Part shown: positions 27,723 to 38,000 of the stretch, piece by piece | How positions within the stretch are numbered: position 1 is the stretch's first letter | Layout of the letters: every line of letters begins with the position of its first letter | Source: Eubacteriales bacterium | Lineage (GTDB): Bacteria > Bacillota > Clostridia > Oscillospirales > CAG-272 | Direction: 5' to 3' | NCBI GenBank assembly: GCA_045635225.1 | Contig: JAZRBV010000050.1 | Span: 2,427 to 66,426, forward strand | DNA: 64,000 nt | The notes under the pieces: model-generated | Databases searched by the model: none | What the model was told of the DNA's origin: nothing | Seen by the model: only the letters and a program-made list of their open reading frames with translations | Program-made: the position numbers and the translations under genes

Positions 27723-27919
27723 TCGATATAAATCCGCAAATGCGGATTTTCGATATACGCTAACGCGTTCGATATGTGCTGTCGCACTCGATATGCTCAC
27801 TGCGTGAGCGCGGATTTATATCATATCGAGTTTGAGCGTAGTGAAAACATATCGAATTTGCTGCAAGGCAAATATATCGAGCCGAGCATATCGCATCGCG
27901 TTTTGCGACGGCATATCGA
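27723..27919. repeat. Dyad-symmetric array of the 7-mer TCGATAT / ATATCGA separated by short hairpins
   Basis: TCGATAT occurs at 27723, 27750, 27769 and 27788. ATATCGA occurs at 27823, 27849, 27874 and 27913, with the variant ATATCGC at 27888. Confidence 0.85.
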
Positions 27920-28102
27920 CAAAATCAAAATAGCTTCTGTGAACACAAAAGCAGTGCTTGCGAAGAAAAAAGGACGAGGAATTTTAGCAATTTCTCGTCC
28001 TTTTTCTGTCGGTAGGTATATGCAATTTCATACGTCGTGTAGACTCCGAGCGACCATTATGCCGCTGTAACCACCGTCGCGCAGATTCTAATACTAGGCG
28101 GA

Positions 28103-28930
28103 TCACTGTACTGCCTTGCGATATTCGATAGGCGATAGTGACGTATGCTTTTTGAAAAATCGGCAGAAATAGCTTTGATTCTGGAAGCCGAGCATAGTGC
28201 TTATCTCGAGTATCGACGCATCGGTTTTTTCGAGATATTCCCTCGCGCGGTCGAGCTTTATGGAATTGAGATACCGAATAGGGCTGACGCCCATCTGCTC
28301 CTTGAAAAAATGTGAAAATCTGCTCTCGCTCAGATTTATAGCCTCGGCGTAGCTTGAGATGGGCAGATTGTCAGAGCAGGTCTCGTGCATGCGCCGACAC
28401 ACCTCGACGATCCTTCGTTCCGCGCTCTGTGTCTCTTCGCTTGTAACCAACGCTCTGCATCTGGCGGTAAGAGAGAGCAGGGTGGAAAGCATACCCTCGC
28501 ATACGTCGCGGTAGTACGGTAGCTTCAGATTGAAGCTGTCGACGAGAGATGCGTACGCCTCCTCGAGTGCGGGATCCGTTCCCACGTAGATTATATTTTC
28601 ACCGTTTTCAGCGAATTTTTCCACGAATTTTTGACACGCCCTGCCACTAAAATGCAAATAGTAGGAGATCGACGCCGGATGTGAGGGGAATTTGTATATC
28701 TGCGCTTCGCCCGGTCGGTACAGTATCACGTGACCGCGACCGACCCGCCTGAGTTCGCCCCCTATCTGCGCGTGACACTCTCCCTCGGTGACGTATATGA
28801 TGTGATAGTCGACACGACCCATCGGGCGCGTGCTACCCGCCTCAATACCCGAGAATCGCTGTACTCCGCATGCGTTGACCTCGAGATACTCGCCCGATAC
28901 CGATTCACTGCTGGGTATCATAGTATTCAC
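28103..28930 (-). CDS. AraC-family regulator (cupin sensor + HTH)
   Basis: 275 aa. The C-terminus carries YFCRFFKKHTSLSPIEYR. Confidence 0.85.
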   Translation of the reverse strand: MNTMIPSSESVSGEYLEVNACGVQRFSGIEAGSTRPMGRVDYHIIYVTEGECHAQIGGELRRVGRGHVILYRPGEAQIYKFPSHPASISYYLHFSGRACQKFVEKFAENGENIIYVGTDPALEEAYASLVDSFNLKLPYYRDVCEGMLSTLLSLTARCRALVTSEETQSAERRIVEVCRRMHETCSDNLPISSYAEAINLSESRFSHFFKEQMGVSPIRYLNSIKLDRAREYLEKTDASILEISTMLGFQNQSYFCRFFKKHTSLSPIEYRKAVQ

Positions 28931-29080
28931 CTCCGTGTTGATTTAATTGTATTTTAACATAACACCGCAGATTTGTCAATAGCAGAAAAGTGAAAAAATA
29001 TAGCAATTTTATTTATAGACTGACAGGCGTATAGGTGCTATAATAGTTGCGTAAAACAAATTTATCCGGAGGAATATCAA

Positions 29081-30223
29081 ATGCTCAACATAGCTGTTAT
29101 CGGCTACGGCGGACGTATAAACTCGGTCGTCTCGGATCTTGTGAAAACCGGCAAGGTAAAGCTTTGTGCCGTTATGGATATCGACAACGACGCCGTGAAG
29201 AAAAACTATATCGACAAAAACGGCTTTGAGGGAGTGCGGTATTATACCGATGCCGATGAGATGATCACGACCGAACGCCCCGACGGTGTTCTGATAGGTA
29301 CCCGATGCTCGACGCACACCCACTATGCTTTACTCGTCGCTAAATATTCGATCCCTATGTTCCTTGAGAAGCCGGTATGCACGACATACGAGGATCTCGA
29401 TAGACTCCGCACGATCCCTCATATGAATGACAAAACCGTCGTATCCTTCCCCCTCAGAATGTCACAGCTCGTCGAGTATGTGAAGGGTATTGTCGACTCG
29501 GGTAAGCTCGGCAGGATCGAGCACGTGCAGGCATATAACAACGTTTCCTACGCCCGCGGCTACTATCACAAGTGGTATCGCGATGAAAACGAGACGGGCG
29601 GTCTGTTTTTGCAGAAGGCGACTCACGACCTCGATTACATAAACTACATTCTCGGCTTCCGTCCGGTCCGTGTCTGCGCTATGACCTCGAAGCAGATATT
29701 CAAGGGTGATAAGCCCGCAGGGCTTAAGTGCGCAGATTGCCCCGATGCCGACAGCTGTCCGGAGAGTCCCCGCAACGTATTGAAGGTCGACAGCAGCCGT
29801 ATCCCCGGCGAATATTGCTGCTTTGCCGTCGATACGGGTAACGAGGACAGCGGCAGCGTTATCATCGAATACGACACGGGTATGCACGTAGTATACTCGC
29901 AGGACTTCATCGTCCGCAACAGCGCGGGCAAGCGCGGAGCGCGCCTCATCGGCTACAAGGGTACTCTCGAGTTCGACTGGTACTCCGACGTCGTCACGGT
30001 CTATAACCACATGCAGAATTCGGTCGAGCACCATACTCTTGCGAAAACCTTAGAGGGTCACTTCGGCGGCGATGCCGTTCTCGAGAGGAACTTTATCGCT
30101 CTGATGGAGGGCAGTGAAGTGTCCTGCGCCCCTCTCTCCGACGGAATTCTCAGCGCCGAGCTCTGCCTCGCGGCAAGACGGTCGGCACAGGAGCACGTAT
30201 TCGTAGACGTTTCTGAAAGCTAA
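29081..30223 (+). CDS. Gfo/Idh/MocA-family oxidoreductase
   Basis: An N-terminal Rossmann segment (LNIAVIGYGGRINSVV) and the FLEKPV motif are present. Confidence 0.85.
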   Translation: MLNIAVIGYGGRINSVVSDLVKTGKVKLCAVMDIDNDAVKKNYIDKNGFEGVRYYTDADEMITTERPDGVLIGTRCSTHTHYALLVAKYSIPMFLEKPVCTTYEDLDRLRTIPHMNDKTVVSFPLRMSQLVEYVKGIVDSGKLGRIEHVQAYNNVSYARGYYHKWYRDENETGGLFLQKATHDLDYINYILGFRPVRVCAMTSKQIFKGDKPAGLKCADCPDADSCPESPRNVLKVDSSRIPGEYCCFAVDTGNEDSGSVIIEYDTGMHVVYSQDFIVRNSAGKRGARLIGYKGTLEFDWYSDVVTVYNHMQNSVEHHTLAKTLEGHFGGDAVLERNFIALMEGSEVSCAPLSDGILSAELCLAARRSAQEHVFVDVSES

Positions 30224-30235
30224 TATATTTTAAAT

Positions 30236-30270
30236 ATGGGTGCTTCAAATGCAAAATTTGAGGCACCCAT
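30236..30270 (+). terminator. Hairpin downstream of the oxidoreductase gene
   Basis: ATGGGTGCTTCAAAT-GCAAA-ATTTGAGGCACCCAT (15-bp stem with one G-U pair). The T-tract is weak. Confidence 0.5.
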
Positions 30271-30276
30271 ATTTCG

Positions 30277-30345
30277 CTGTCACATTTACGGCTTTTGCCG
30301 TTTTTACTGTTATTTCGGACTTTTAGGTTTTACCGAACGTGACAG
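30277..30345. repeat. MITE-like element, copy A (69 bp)
   Basis: It starts CTGTCACATTT and ends AACGTGACAG (terminal inverted repeat). It is about 80% identical to copy B apart from a 12-nt indel. Confidence 0.7.
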
Positions 30346-30441
30346 TTGTTTTTGAGTATGCCTCTAACAAATTTATATTTTTTTCTAAAAGGTAGTGACA
30401 AAGTAGAAAAAATATGTTAAAATATAGAAAAACATCAAGGA

Positions 30442-30945
30442 ATGGTTAAAATTATGGCAAAAAATAAAAAGAAAAACGATCCCACCACGGTCACCGTCAA
30501 TAACGTGAACGTGAACGGTGCGACACAGAAAACCGATAAGAGACTCTTGATAATCGTCATCTCGCTTCTGACGGCTCTCCTTCTCGTCGGTGCAGGCTTC
30601 CTCATCGATCATCTCTTAGAGGTTACAGGACCCGAGAACGTTGCAGATACGGGCGAGACTATCGACGGTGAATATTCGCTCTCTATGTCTGCGGGTGCCT
30701 TTGCAACGAATGCGAGCTACTCCTTCGAGGGACGTAAGGTCACCGAGAAGTATTACGATACCGCAAAAAGTGAGATCGTTACCGCAGAATACACCTACGT
30801 TATCTCTATCGTCAACGGCGAGAAGGTGATCAAGCTCACCGACAGTGCCGGCAATACCACCTCACACGGCTTCTATACCGGTAGCTTTAACGGAAAGCCC
30901 TTCATAAGCATTAATGAGGAAAAATACTACAGGGTACAGGAGTAG
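30442..30945 (+). CDS. N-terminally anchored hypothetical protein
   Basis: 167 aa with one TM helix (LLIIVISLLTALLLVGAGFLI). The start could be 30442 or 30454. Confidence 0.6.
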   Translation: MVKIMAKNKKKNDPTTVTVNNVNVNGATQKTDKRLLIIVISLLTALLLVGAGFLIDHLLEVTGPENVADTGETIDGEYSLSMSAGAFATNASYSFEGRKVTEKYYDTAKSEIVTAEYTYVISIVNGEKVIKLTDSAGNTTSHGFYTGSFNGKPFISINEEKYYRVQE

Positions 30946-31288
30946 GAAACGCCACATTCGGTGAATACCGTCCTTAGCACCGCTCGACGTATGTCTTATT
31001 TATTGAGCGCATCATACGCGCACCGCAAAAGAGGGGGTGTCTCAAATGAAAAATTTGAGACACCCCCAAAAAGTTTGATAAGGGGATAGTCAGATTTGAG
31101 GAAAAAGCGTCGCTTTTCGTGGCGTGAGGCGTACAAAAGTACGTCGAGCCACGAAAACGGCGTAGCGTAGCGGCTCCGAGGTGTTGAATGAAAGTCCGGT
31201 GGACTTTCAGACCCGAGGAGTGTCCGAGCCGATGCGAGAAGAAAAAGTCCATCAAAATCGAAGAAATCCGTAGGATTTCATCATTTTA

Positions 31289-31369
31289 CTGTCTCATTTA
31301 CGGTTTTCGCCGTTTTTCGAGACTTTTCATTGTCATTTCGGACTTTTTCGGTTTTACCAAATGTGACAG
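31289..31369. repeat. MITE-like element, copy B (81 bp)
   Basis: It starts CTGTCTCATTTA and ends CAAATGTGACAG. It aligns with 30277..30345. Confidence 0.7.
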
Positions 31370-31513
31370 CCCCTTTTGTAAATTTTTGTCAGTTTATCGC
31401 TGGGTATTGATTTTTTTTGCCGCAGGTGTTATAATGGTATATTATAATGCAGTATATAGTGCGGCATTCACGTGCTATATATTATAATGTAGACTTCATA
31501 AATGGAGAACCCA

Positions 31514-34500
31514 ATGAGAAAAAGAAAAATACTGCTCTCTCTCATCTCCGTCGCGATGACACTGCTTGCGATCTTCGGCGTGGTTTCAACGACCGCTCTG
31601 GCGAGCAGTGAGGAGATAGACTACGACTTCTCGCGAGAGGGCTCGCAGCATACCAGAACGCTTACGACGACCGATATACTCGATGCGATAGAGGGCATCG
31701 AACTCGGTGAGGCAGAGCGCGCCTATCTTCTGGAATACGGCGACACCGAGATAAAATACGAGGACGGTATCACCGCATCCTACGTCAGGGTCGATTACGA
31801 CGGCTCCTCGGTACTGCTCTATGCTTATGAATATAAATACGTTGCCGACAACGGGGTAGAGATCACCTGGACACCCGTGAGCGCGTCTCTTTTCGGTGTT
31901 GAGCAGACGCTGACGCTTGCGGGAGGTGCATACGCCACGAGATTCAAGTCGGTGACCGACGCTGACGAGACCACCGCCGTGGACGTCCGCTACACCCTGG
32001 CGATCACCGTTCATACCGAGACCCTTGAGGATATAGTCAACAAGGCGTACGACGACTCCTTCCTCTGGGAGGATTACATATACGAGCGAGACCTCGAGTA
32101 TAGTGCGGCTGTTGACGAATATCTCTCCGCTAAGGAAAGATTTGACACGTACCTCGCCCTTTTAGCTCAGTACGAGCTCGACGAGCAGGCGTACAACGCC
32201 TATCTTGTTGAGAAGAGAAACTACGATATTGCAGTCAATAAATACAACAAATATCTTGCCGATCTCGCCACCTACGAGGCTGAGGTAAAGGCGCGCGAGG
32301 AATATCTGAAGCTTGACGCGCAGTACAAGCTCGACGCCCAAGAGTACACGAAGTACGAGAACGCCTACGCAAAATACGAGGCGGAGGCTGTGATCTACGC
32401 CGACTATCTTTCGAAGCTCGATAAGTTCAACGCGCATCTTGCTATAATGGAATACGCGCGCACTCCTGTCACCGATATGAACAGAAGCGCATATACCGAT
32501 ATTATGGGCGGCACGGTCGATAAGGTGCTTGCCGAGCGCGACCTGCTACGCGAGCTACACGCACCCGAGCGCGTTATTGATCTCGCCGGCGCCTCGACAC
32601 GAAATCTGCGTACCATCTTTACAGAGTACTACGCGATCGAGAGCGACGTTGCAAAATACGACTATTACAGCAAAAACTATACCGCGATACGCGATAATTT
32701 CGTCAACCTGTTCACCTCGCTCGACTGTCTCTACACGAGCAACGGCGTGCAGGCGGCGATATCTACCGCAGAGACCCTATATCCCGACTCGAACTACGAT
32801 GCGAAATTCCGCATACTGATAGCAAATCTTTACGTGATAGCACACGCCCTGTCTGATACGCCGATAAAGAGCGTGTCGACAAGTCTCATAGGCTCGAAGG
32901 ACACCGTTGCTCCGAGATACAAGAGAGGATATACCTACACCTCCTTTACCATCGACGAGCTTCATCCGAAGACCCTCGCGCAGATCCTCGGCGATGCAAA
33001 ATACGTTAAGGATACCAATAATGCAAAGCCTCTCACAACGGGACACCCCGGCTTCATGGCAGAGCCCGTGCCTCCCGAATTTATGGCACGCCCTACGCCT
33101 CCCGCATACGTTGCGGAGCCTACGGCGCCCGCTATCGTCGCCGATCCCGGCGATGCACCCGCAGAGGTAGCACAGCCTACCGCACCCACCGAGGTGGAGA
33201 AGCCTACGGTACCCGAGGAGTACGTAGCGCCCGAGGTAGTTGGTGCATTGATAGCCGCGCGCGGCGTCACTCTCGTCGAGAGGGACAGAGAATTTGACAC
33301 GCCCGCCGCTATAACCGTAGAAAAGACGGTCAGCAAGCGTTTTGTAAACGTATCCGAGATCGTCGTGGCGTTCCATGATGAGAACGGTCAGCTGATCGAG
33401 CATCACACGATAGATTCGGGCAGTACCGTCAACTTTGAGGGTGATCTGCCGAGAAAGCCCGAGGACGCGAAAGCAGTCTATACCTTTGCCGGCTGGCAGA
33501 AAAAAGACGGCACCCGTGTCGATCTTTCCTCGGTCGAGGACAACGTCGACCTGTATCCCTACTTCCACGAGGACTATAAGTACTACACCGTCACTTGGAT
33601 GGTCGACGGCAACGCTGTTACCGAGGTCCTCCGCTACGGCACTCTGCCGTGCTATTCCGCCGGCACTCCGGAAAAGCCCTCGACTCCTCTCTACGTCTAT
33701 ACCTTCATAGGCTGGGATAAGGAGATCCTCGAGGTCACAGAAGACGTCGTCTATACCGCGCTCTTCGAGGAGGGGGACGTCATTCCCTCCGACGGTGACG
33801 TCACGGTCACCTTTGACGGCAACGACTATCTCGTCGACGCCACCTCGGGACGCAATACCAGATCCCTTGATATTTCGGGCATTCTCGAGCGCTCTGTTGG
33901 ACTTACGGGCGTGAAAATCGTTACACGCTCCGCCACACTCGAGATATCTCCGGCCTCCGTAATGCTCCTCAAGGAGCGCGCGGCGAGCAAGATACACATC
34001 AGCGTCATCACCAACGCGCAGGGCTACTTCAGATACTCGGTCACTGCGGACTCACCCGATGCACGCAACGCACCCGTTGATATCCCCGTCGAGCTTACCG
34101 TACCCCTTACCCGTGAGCTGAATTCCAGAGTTCGTCTGCGAGCGCTATCTCCCGACGGCGGCATCACCTACGTCCGCTACACCGTGGCGGATTCACAGAT
34201 CACGTTCACTGCAAACGTTGGCTACAACTACGAGCTGTGCGAGGAGTATTCGGTCAGTGCGTTCTCGAACGACACCGTGACCTTCACGCTCTCGAGCAGT
34301 GTCGCACTCTACGGTGACGTCGTAAAGGTCGGCGTCGAGCTCGCGCCGGGCGTTATTCTGAAGAGCCTCTACTACGTCGACGGAGATGGCAACGTAGGCG
34401 AGATACGGGCATCCCGTGTATTCGAAATGCCTAAATCCGACGTTACGGTAATGGCTGTTACCGAGCATATCCGCTACACGGTCACGTTTATGAACGGCGA

Positions 34501-34819
34501 CTCGGTATTCACCACCGTCAGCTGTATCTGGGGCGCAATACCCGTTCCTCCCGACACTCCGAAAAAGGCGAGCGACGGTGAGTTCACCTACACCTTTGTC
34601 GGCTGGGAGGAGGACGTATCTCCCGTCACCGGTGATGCCGTATATCACGCGGTGTTCGAGGCGACTCCCATACCCGTTGTGGATGAGCCGGTCAGCACAC
34701 GCCCCTCCATCCTCGAGATGTTCAAGGGCGGCGTTATAGCCGTAGGCGTGTTGCTTTTCATACTCGTCGTATGGGTCGGAACGTCCTGCATTCTCAATGC
34801 CAGAAGGTACCGTTACTGA
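31514..34819 (+). CDS. Large anchored surface protein: Tyr-rich coiled coil, Pro-rich linker, Listeria-Bacteroides (InlB B-type) repeats, C-terminal TM anchor
   Basis: The start was moved to ATG 31514 (GGAG 6 nt upstream). There is a signal peptide. Three ...YTF.GW... repeats are present (YTFAGWQKKDG, YTFIGWDKEI, YTFVGWEEDV). The C-terminus is VIAVGVLLFILVVWVGTSCILNARRYRY. Confidence 0.85.
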   Translation: MRKRKILLSLISVAMTLLAIFGVVSTTALASSEEIDYDFSREGSQHTRTLTTTDILDAIEGIELGEAERAYLLEYGDTEIKYEDGITASYVRVDYDGSSVLLYAYEYKYVADNGVEITWTPVSASLFGVEQTLTLAGGAYATRFKSVTDADETTAVDVRYTLAITVHTETLEDIVNKAYDDSFLWEDYIYERDLEYSAAVDEYLSAKERFDTYLALLAQYELDEQAYNAYLVEKRNYDIAVNKYNKYLADLATYEAEVKAREEYLKLDAQYKLDAQEYTKYENAYAKYEAEAVIYADYLSKLDKFNAHLAIMEYARTPVTDMNRSAYTDIMGGTVDKVLAERDLLRELHAPERVIDLAGASTRNLRTIFTEYYAIESDVAKYDYYSKNYTAIRDNFVNLFTSLDCLYTSNGVQAAISTAETLYPDSNYDAKFRILIANLYVIAHALSDTPIKSVSTSLIGSKDTVAPRYKRGYTYTSFTIDELHPKTLAQILGDAKYVKDTNNAKPLTTGHPGFMAEPVPPEFMARPTPPAYVAEPTAPAIVADPGDAPAEVAQPTAPTEVEKPTVPEEYVAPEVVGALIAARGVTLVERDREFDTPAAITVEKTVSKRFVNVSEIVVAFHDENGQLIEHHTIDSGSTVNFEGDLPRKPEDAKAVYTFAGWQKKDGTRVDLSSVEDNVDLYPYFHEDYKYYTVTWMVDGNAVTEVLRYGTLPCYSAGTPEKPSTPLYVYTFIGWDKEILEVTEDVVYTALFEEGDVIPSDGDVTVTFDGNDYLVDATSGRNTRSLDISGILERSVGLTGVKIVTRSATLEISPASVMLLKERAASKIHISVITNAQGYFRYSVTADSPDARNAPVDIPVELTVPLTRELNSRVRLRALSPDGGITYVRYTVADSQITFTANVGYNYELCEEYSVSAFSNDTVTFTLSSSVALYGDVVKVGVELAPGVILKSLYYVDGDGNVGEIRASRVFEMPKSDVTVMAVTEHIRYTVTFMNGDSVFTTVSCIWGAIPVPPDTPKKASDGEFTYTFVGWEEDVSPVTGDAVYHAVFEATPIPVVDEPVSTRPSILEMFKGGVIAVGVLLFILVVWVGTSCILNARRYRY

Positions 34820-34904
34820 TCCTCTGCTATGTAATTTTGAGTTTACATTAGTGTGAACCTAACCTTACATCGACCCTAAAATTACCAATTACTGACAATT
34901 TTAA

Positions 34905-34967
34905 CCGACGAAATCCCTGAAAATTCGAAATTATTCGAAAAAAATGGGATTTCGCCGGTCTTTTTTT
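34905..34967 (+). terminator. Terminator between the two surface-protein genes
   Basis: Stem CCGACGAAATCCC / GGGATTTCGCCGG with a 28-nt loop, followed by TCTTTTTTT. Confidence 0.55.
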
Positions 34968-34977
34968 AGAAAACATA

Positions 34978-35006
34978 TTGATTTTTAACGCCGCACGTGA
35001 TATAAT
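34978..35006 (+). promoter_or_regulatory. SigA-type promoter of the giant gene
   Basis: TTGATT, 17 nt, TATAAT. It lies about 90 nt upstream of the ATG at 35097. RBS AAAGGGG at 35084..35090. Confidence 0.55.
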
Positions 35007-35096
35007 TACTTTATAAAATACGCACGGGTGCGCAAGTAGCGTTAAGCGCGCCCAAGAGTGTTTTGAATTAGTTAATCTTATGTAAAGGGGTAAATC

Positions 35097-38000
35097 ATGA
35101 GAAAGTCAAGAAAGCTAATGACTACCGTAGTCTCGCTCCTTGTCACCTGTATCATGCTTATCGGTACCCTTCTTCCGTCGGTCGCAGCGACCGTTGACGG
35201 CATTGCCGGATGGAAGACCGTGGAGAACGTTCTTAAAGAGGACGCTCCCTCTGCGGGTGGGGAAGTCGAGGGCGGAGTCGATACAGGCTGGCTCGAGATA
35301 GTCTACGGCACGGATGAGAATGGCAAGCAGTTTATTGACGTCATTCTTTCTCCGTCGAAGGAAGAGCTTAAGTCTGTCAGCAAGGCTGAGCTCGTTAGCA
35401 TTCTTACTGCTGTCATTGACGCCGCAAAGGCACTCGTCGTCGACGAGATAATGAACAGCTGGAAGGATGAGAACCTTCCCGACGATCCTACGAGTGATGA
35501 GGGTCTCGGCGATGCGGATTCCGGTTCTATCTGGGAAATAGCACTGAATCTGTACATTGACAACGCCGGCTATACCGGTGACACTGCTGAAGAAAGGTAC
35601 CTCGCATTCTTCGAGGACATCGTAAAGAACGATGCGTCCGTCGAGAAGCTTGTTATCTTTGTACGCGATAAGATCAATCTTGCATTGAGACTTGGTCTTG
35701 TAACCGTTGACGAGCTCAAGGACATCACATCCGAGAAGCTCACCACCATGGTTAATGACCTTATCAACGAATACGTTGACTCTTACGCTAAGGACCACAT
35801 TGGAGATTATATCAATTACGACAAGCTCGATGCAGCTATCAAGGGCTACTTCGAGAACTTCGGTGACGTAAACGCATACGTTCCGAAGGACCTCATTGAG
35901 GAGAAGGTAATTGAGAAGATCGAGGAGGTCCTCAACAATAAGGAAAACCGCGACGAGTACGTTAACGATTACCTTCGCGGACTGCTCACCGATTACTTGG
36001 GCGGTGTAGCGATCGATCCCGCCGTTAAGGCTGAGATCGAGGCAGAGCTCAAGAATATGCTCCTCGGCGATTACTACGAGGAAGTTAAGGAAGAGCTCAC
36101 CGACACGCTTCTTGGAGAGATCCAGGATAGACTCGAGAACGATGCCGAATTCAAGGCGGACGTTGTCGACAAGCTTACTCAGAAGGTTAAGGACGATGCT
36201 GAGTTCAGAGCTGAGATCGCCAAGAAGTTTACCGAACAGGTGAAGACCGATCCCGAGTTCAGAGCCGAGATCGCCGCACAGTTCACCGAGGATCTCAAGG
36301 CTGATCCCGAGTTCAGAGCAGAGATTGCTGCACAGTTTACTCAGGATCTCAAGAATGACGATGAGTTCAGAGCCGAGATCACCGACAAGTTCACAGAACA
36401 GATCACCCCTGAGGTCGTAGCAGACGCTAAGGTTGCGGCTAACGAGGCTGTTACCGATTACCTCGCATACTACAGAGGTGACCGTGACGATCTTCCTCTC
36501 GATGCAGAGGGTTATAAGAAGTTCATCTATGCGGAGCTTGACAACGTTCTTGTTGAGAAGATCCGTGAGGCTTATCCCTCTAGTGAGTTCCCCTACGTTG
36601 ACTTCACCAAGAACGAGCTCCCCCTTATCCGTGAGCACGATCTTCTTGATCTTAAGCCTCAGGTTATGGTTGAGATCAATGCCGTTCTCAATAGCGAAGT
36701 AAACGGTAAGCCTTATCTCGATGACGTAATCGACCAGAACTACGATACTATCGAAGCTGAGATCAGAAAGCAGGTCGAGGCGAAGCTCGCGAGCAACGAG
36801 TATGACGACGAGATCGCAGCAGAGGTTGATAAGATGCTCGCAGGCAGCGAGTTCGACGCTGAGATCACCGCTAAGGTTGAGGAGAAGCTCGCAGGCGACG
36901 AGTTCAATGCCGAGATCGAAGCGAAGGTCAATGAGATGCTCGCAGGCGACGAGTTCGACGATGAGCTGAAAGCTGAGGTTGAGGCGCGTCTTGACGAGTT
37001 CTTCGGCGACGAGCTCGATGCAGAGGCTAAGAGACTCTTCGAGGACGAGATCGACAACGAGATCAGAGAAGAGATCGAGCGCATCTTCGACGGCAACCAC
37101 GACGTTGTCGCTGAGATGAAGAAGTACGTAAGCGAGGACACCCTTCGTGAGAAGATCGAGAACCTCGACGTAACTCAGTTCGGCTTCTCCGACGAGAAGG
37201 TCGACGAGCTCATCAACGATTATCTTCCCGGCTACTTCGCAGATGCTGCGAACAGAGAGAAGGTCATCAAGGAGTTCCTTGGCAAATACGAGACCGTAGA
37301 GGACTATGCACTCGCTAACTACGAGGAGTATAAGGACTATGCGTTCGAGTACGCGCTCGACGAGATGTTCGGCATTACTCGCGCAGAGTTCGACAACAGA
37401 CTCGCATACATAGCAGGTAAGCTTGCTGCAGCCGCACAGGCAGAGGCAGAGGCGTATGAGGCTCTTCCCGAGGCTCCCACCCTCACCCCCGAGGATCTTC
37501 TCAAGGAGATCGAGAGCGTTACCGTTGACGGCAACGTTGTTCTCACCGTTGAGACGGTCGCAGGCAAGGTTACTCCCAAGATCGACTTTAACGCGGTCAA
37601 GGCGCTGATCGCAGCGCTTCCCAGCCTCTCCGAGATCACCAAGATGGAGACTCTCGCGCTTGATTGGGATATCGCGATCGCTACCACCTTCGGCGACACC
37701 GCATTCAACGTAGAGATCGAGCTTGCTACCTTCGACGATGAGGTCAAGAAGGCTATCCAGCTCTTCATCGACCACGTTAAGATCGGTATCACCGAGGACA
37801 ACACACTCTCCGTTAGCATAACTCTCCCCGAGATCGTCACCGAGCTCTTCAATCGCGCTTGCGCAACCGGCAGATTCTCTCCCGCGCTCAAGCAGAAGGT
37901 ATTCAAGCTCATGACCGCGACTCCTGCAGATTTCATCGAGATCTACAAGAGCTTCACCTTCGAGGACTTTATCGCTATTATCGAGGCTGCTGACCTTGAG

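Noticed and set aside
27774-28070. A 98-aa ORF across the TCGATAT motif array.
   Set aside because: There is no RBS. The composition is dictated by the repeats and hairpins, and it overlaps a terminator-like hairpin.
30974-31487. ORFs 30974-31255 (minus) and 31188-31487 (plus) as genes.
   Set aside because: They lie in the hairpin and MITE region, have no RBS, and have composition driven by palindromes.
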